From the human T2T-CHM13v2.0 reference genome, Homo sapiens, in NCBI RefSeq assembly GCF_009914755.1, contig NC_060937.1: 64,000 nt of DNA; one strand, 5' to 3'. The translations under genes were made by a program, and so were the position numbers. Every line of letters begins with the position of its first letter. Positions within the stretch are counted from its first letter, which is position 1. Positions 62,750-64,000 of this stretch are shown piece after piece. The notes beneath the pieces were generated by a model, which saw nothing but the letters and a program-made list of their open reading frames with translations, made no database searches and was not told where the DNA came from.

Positions 62750-63063
62750 GTTTTTTGTTTTGTTTTGGTTTGTTTTTTTTTTGTTTTTTTTTTGAGACAG
62801 AGTCTCACTCTATTGTCCAGGGTGGAGTGCAGTGGCATGATCTTGCATCCTCTGCCTCCTGGGTTCACGCCATTCTCCTGCCTCAGCCTCCCAAGTAGCT
62901 GGGACTACAGATGCACGCCACCGCAACTGGCTAATTTTTGTATTTTTAGTAGAGACGGGGTTTCACCATGTTAGCCAGGATTGTCTCGATCTCCTGACCT
63001 CGTGATCCGCCTGCCTCAGCCTCCCAAAGCACTGGTATTACAGGTGTTAGCCACCGCGCCCCG
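62750..63063 (-). mobile_element. Alu (AluSc-like)
   Basis: Long T/G tail, GAGACAGAGTCTCACTC..TTAGCCAGGATTGTCTCGATCTCCTGACCTCGTGATCCG..CCACCGCGCCC. Confidence 0.93.
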
Positions 63064-63672
63064 CCCATGCTTATGTTTGTCCATGCTGCTCTCGGCTTTG
63101 CCGAGGGGATGATCTGGGTAGGGGGATTCACTTGGTTTGAACTGTTCCCACTGCAAAGAAATTCTCTCCCTCCTGCTTGCCTCATCCGCTTCTGGGTTAA
63201 GTCCAGGACTGGCAAAAACACTGCCTGTTCCCGAGGGAGCCCCTGTAACCAACCTCTCCCCAGATGTCTAATCCCTTGCTTGTGATTCCAGCAGAGGTCT
63301 CGGCATCTCGTCCACAGTGAGCTGGTGTCCTGCCAGTCTCGGGAGGCACTCGGCAGTGTGAGTACATCCTTCACCTCTGTGTCTACAGACCCGGCCTCCC
63401 CGCCCAGCATGGGTTGAAGCCAGGCTAAGGCGTTGATCCCAAGGGGCTGTCTGCAGGGGTTTGGGGCAGGCCTGAGCATTCACCCCAGCGTCCTGTGCAA
63501 ACGTCTTCGTCAGGAGCGCACTTGGGAAGTCCTACACTAGCGCAGAGGGTGCGCAGCCAGCGGGTCTATCAACTTGGATGCAGGTAGTGCTCAGTGGCAT
63601 TTGGAGGAGAGTCTAATAACCAAGAGGATGAATCTCCTTGAAGGATCTGATGGAAACAAGAAATGAAGAGGG

Positions 63673-63982
63673 TTGTTTTGTTTTGTTTGTTTTATGAGAC
63701 AGAGTCCTGCTCTGTTGCCCAAGCTGGATGGAGTGCAGTGGTGCAATCTCAGGTCCTTGCGGCCGCCGCCTCCTGGGTTCCAGCTATTCTCCTGCCTCAG
63801 CCTCCCAAGTAGCTGGGATTACAGGCATGCACTTTGACACCCCGGCTAATTTTTGTATTTTTAGTAGAGACGGGGTTTCACCATGTTGTCCAGGCTGGTC
63901 TCAAGCTCTTGACCTCAAGTGATCCGCCCACCTTGGCCTCCCAAAGTGCTGGGATTACAGGCATGAGCCACTGTGCCTGGCC
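63673..63982 (-). mobile_element. Alu (AluS-like)
   Basis: GTTTT tail, GAGACAGAGTCCTGCTCTGTTGCCC...GAGCCACTGTGCCTGGCC; flanked by AAATGAAGAG repeats (TSD-like). Confidence 0.93.
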
Positions 63983-64000
63983 ACGAAATGAAGAGATTTT

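Overview
Human-type (primate) genomic DNA with Alus, L1s, MaLR/ERV LTRs and a CpG island. Recognised from the translated exons as the 3' half of ATP11A (P4-ATPase phospholipid flippase, + strand), followed about 7 kb later by the CpG-island promoter and first coding exon of MCF2L/DBS (Rho GEF, + strand); from memory this is 13q34. Eleven constitutive ATP11A exons (4206-29917) join with consistent phases. They are followed by three alternative C-terminal coding segments (32193, 34522, 35792) and a ~5 kb 3'UTR ending near tandem AATAAA at 41094/41101. Main leads: an in-frame 24-nt microexon candidate (19318-19341, IMTTNTHM) in the exoplasmic TM7-TM8 loop; a three-way C-terminal switch with NMD-compatible geometry, a distant QKI-type branch point and a phospho-dileucine-like motif; a near-cognate ACG in optimal Kozak context that could give MCF2L an MG- N-terminus; two large intronic VNTRs (54 bp x ~52, 30 bp x ~48); and an interstitial telomere-like tract. 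Most ORFs in the supplied track are repeat or GC artefacts. No CRISPR, rRNA or tRNA was found. Exon numbers and repeat subfamily names are from memory and need RepeatMasker/GENCODE confirmation.
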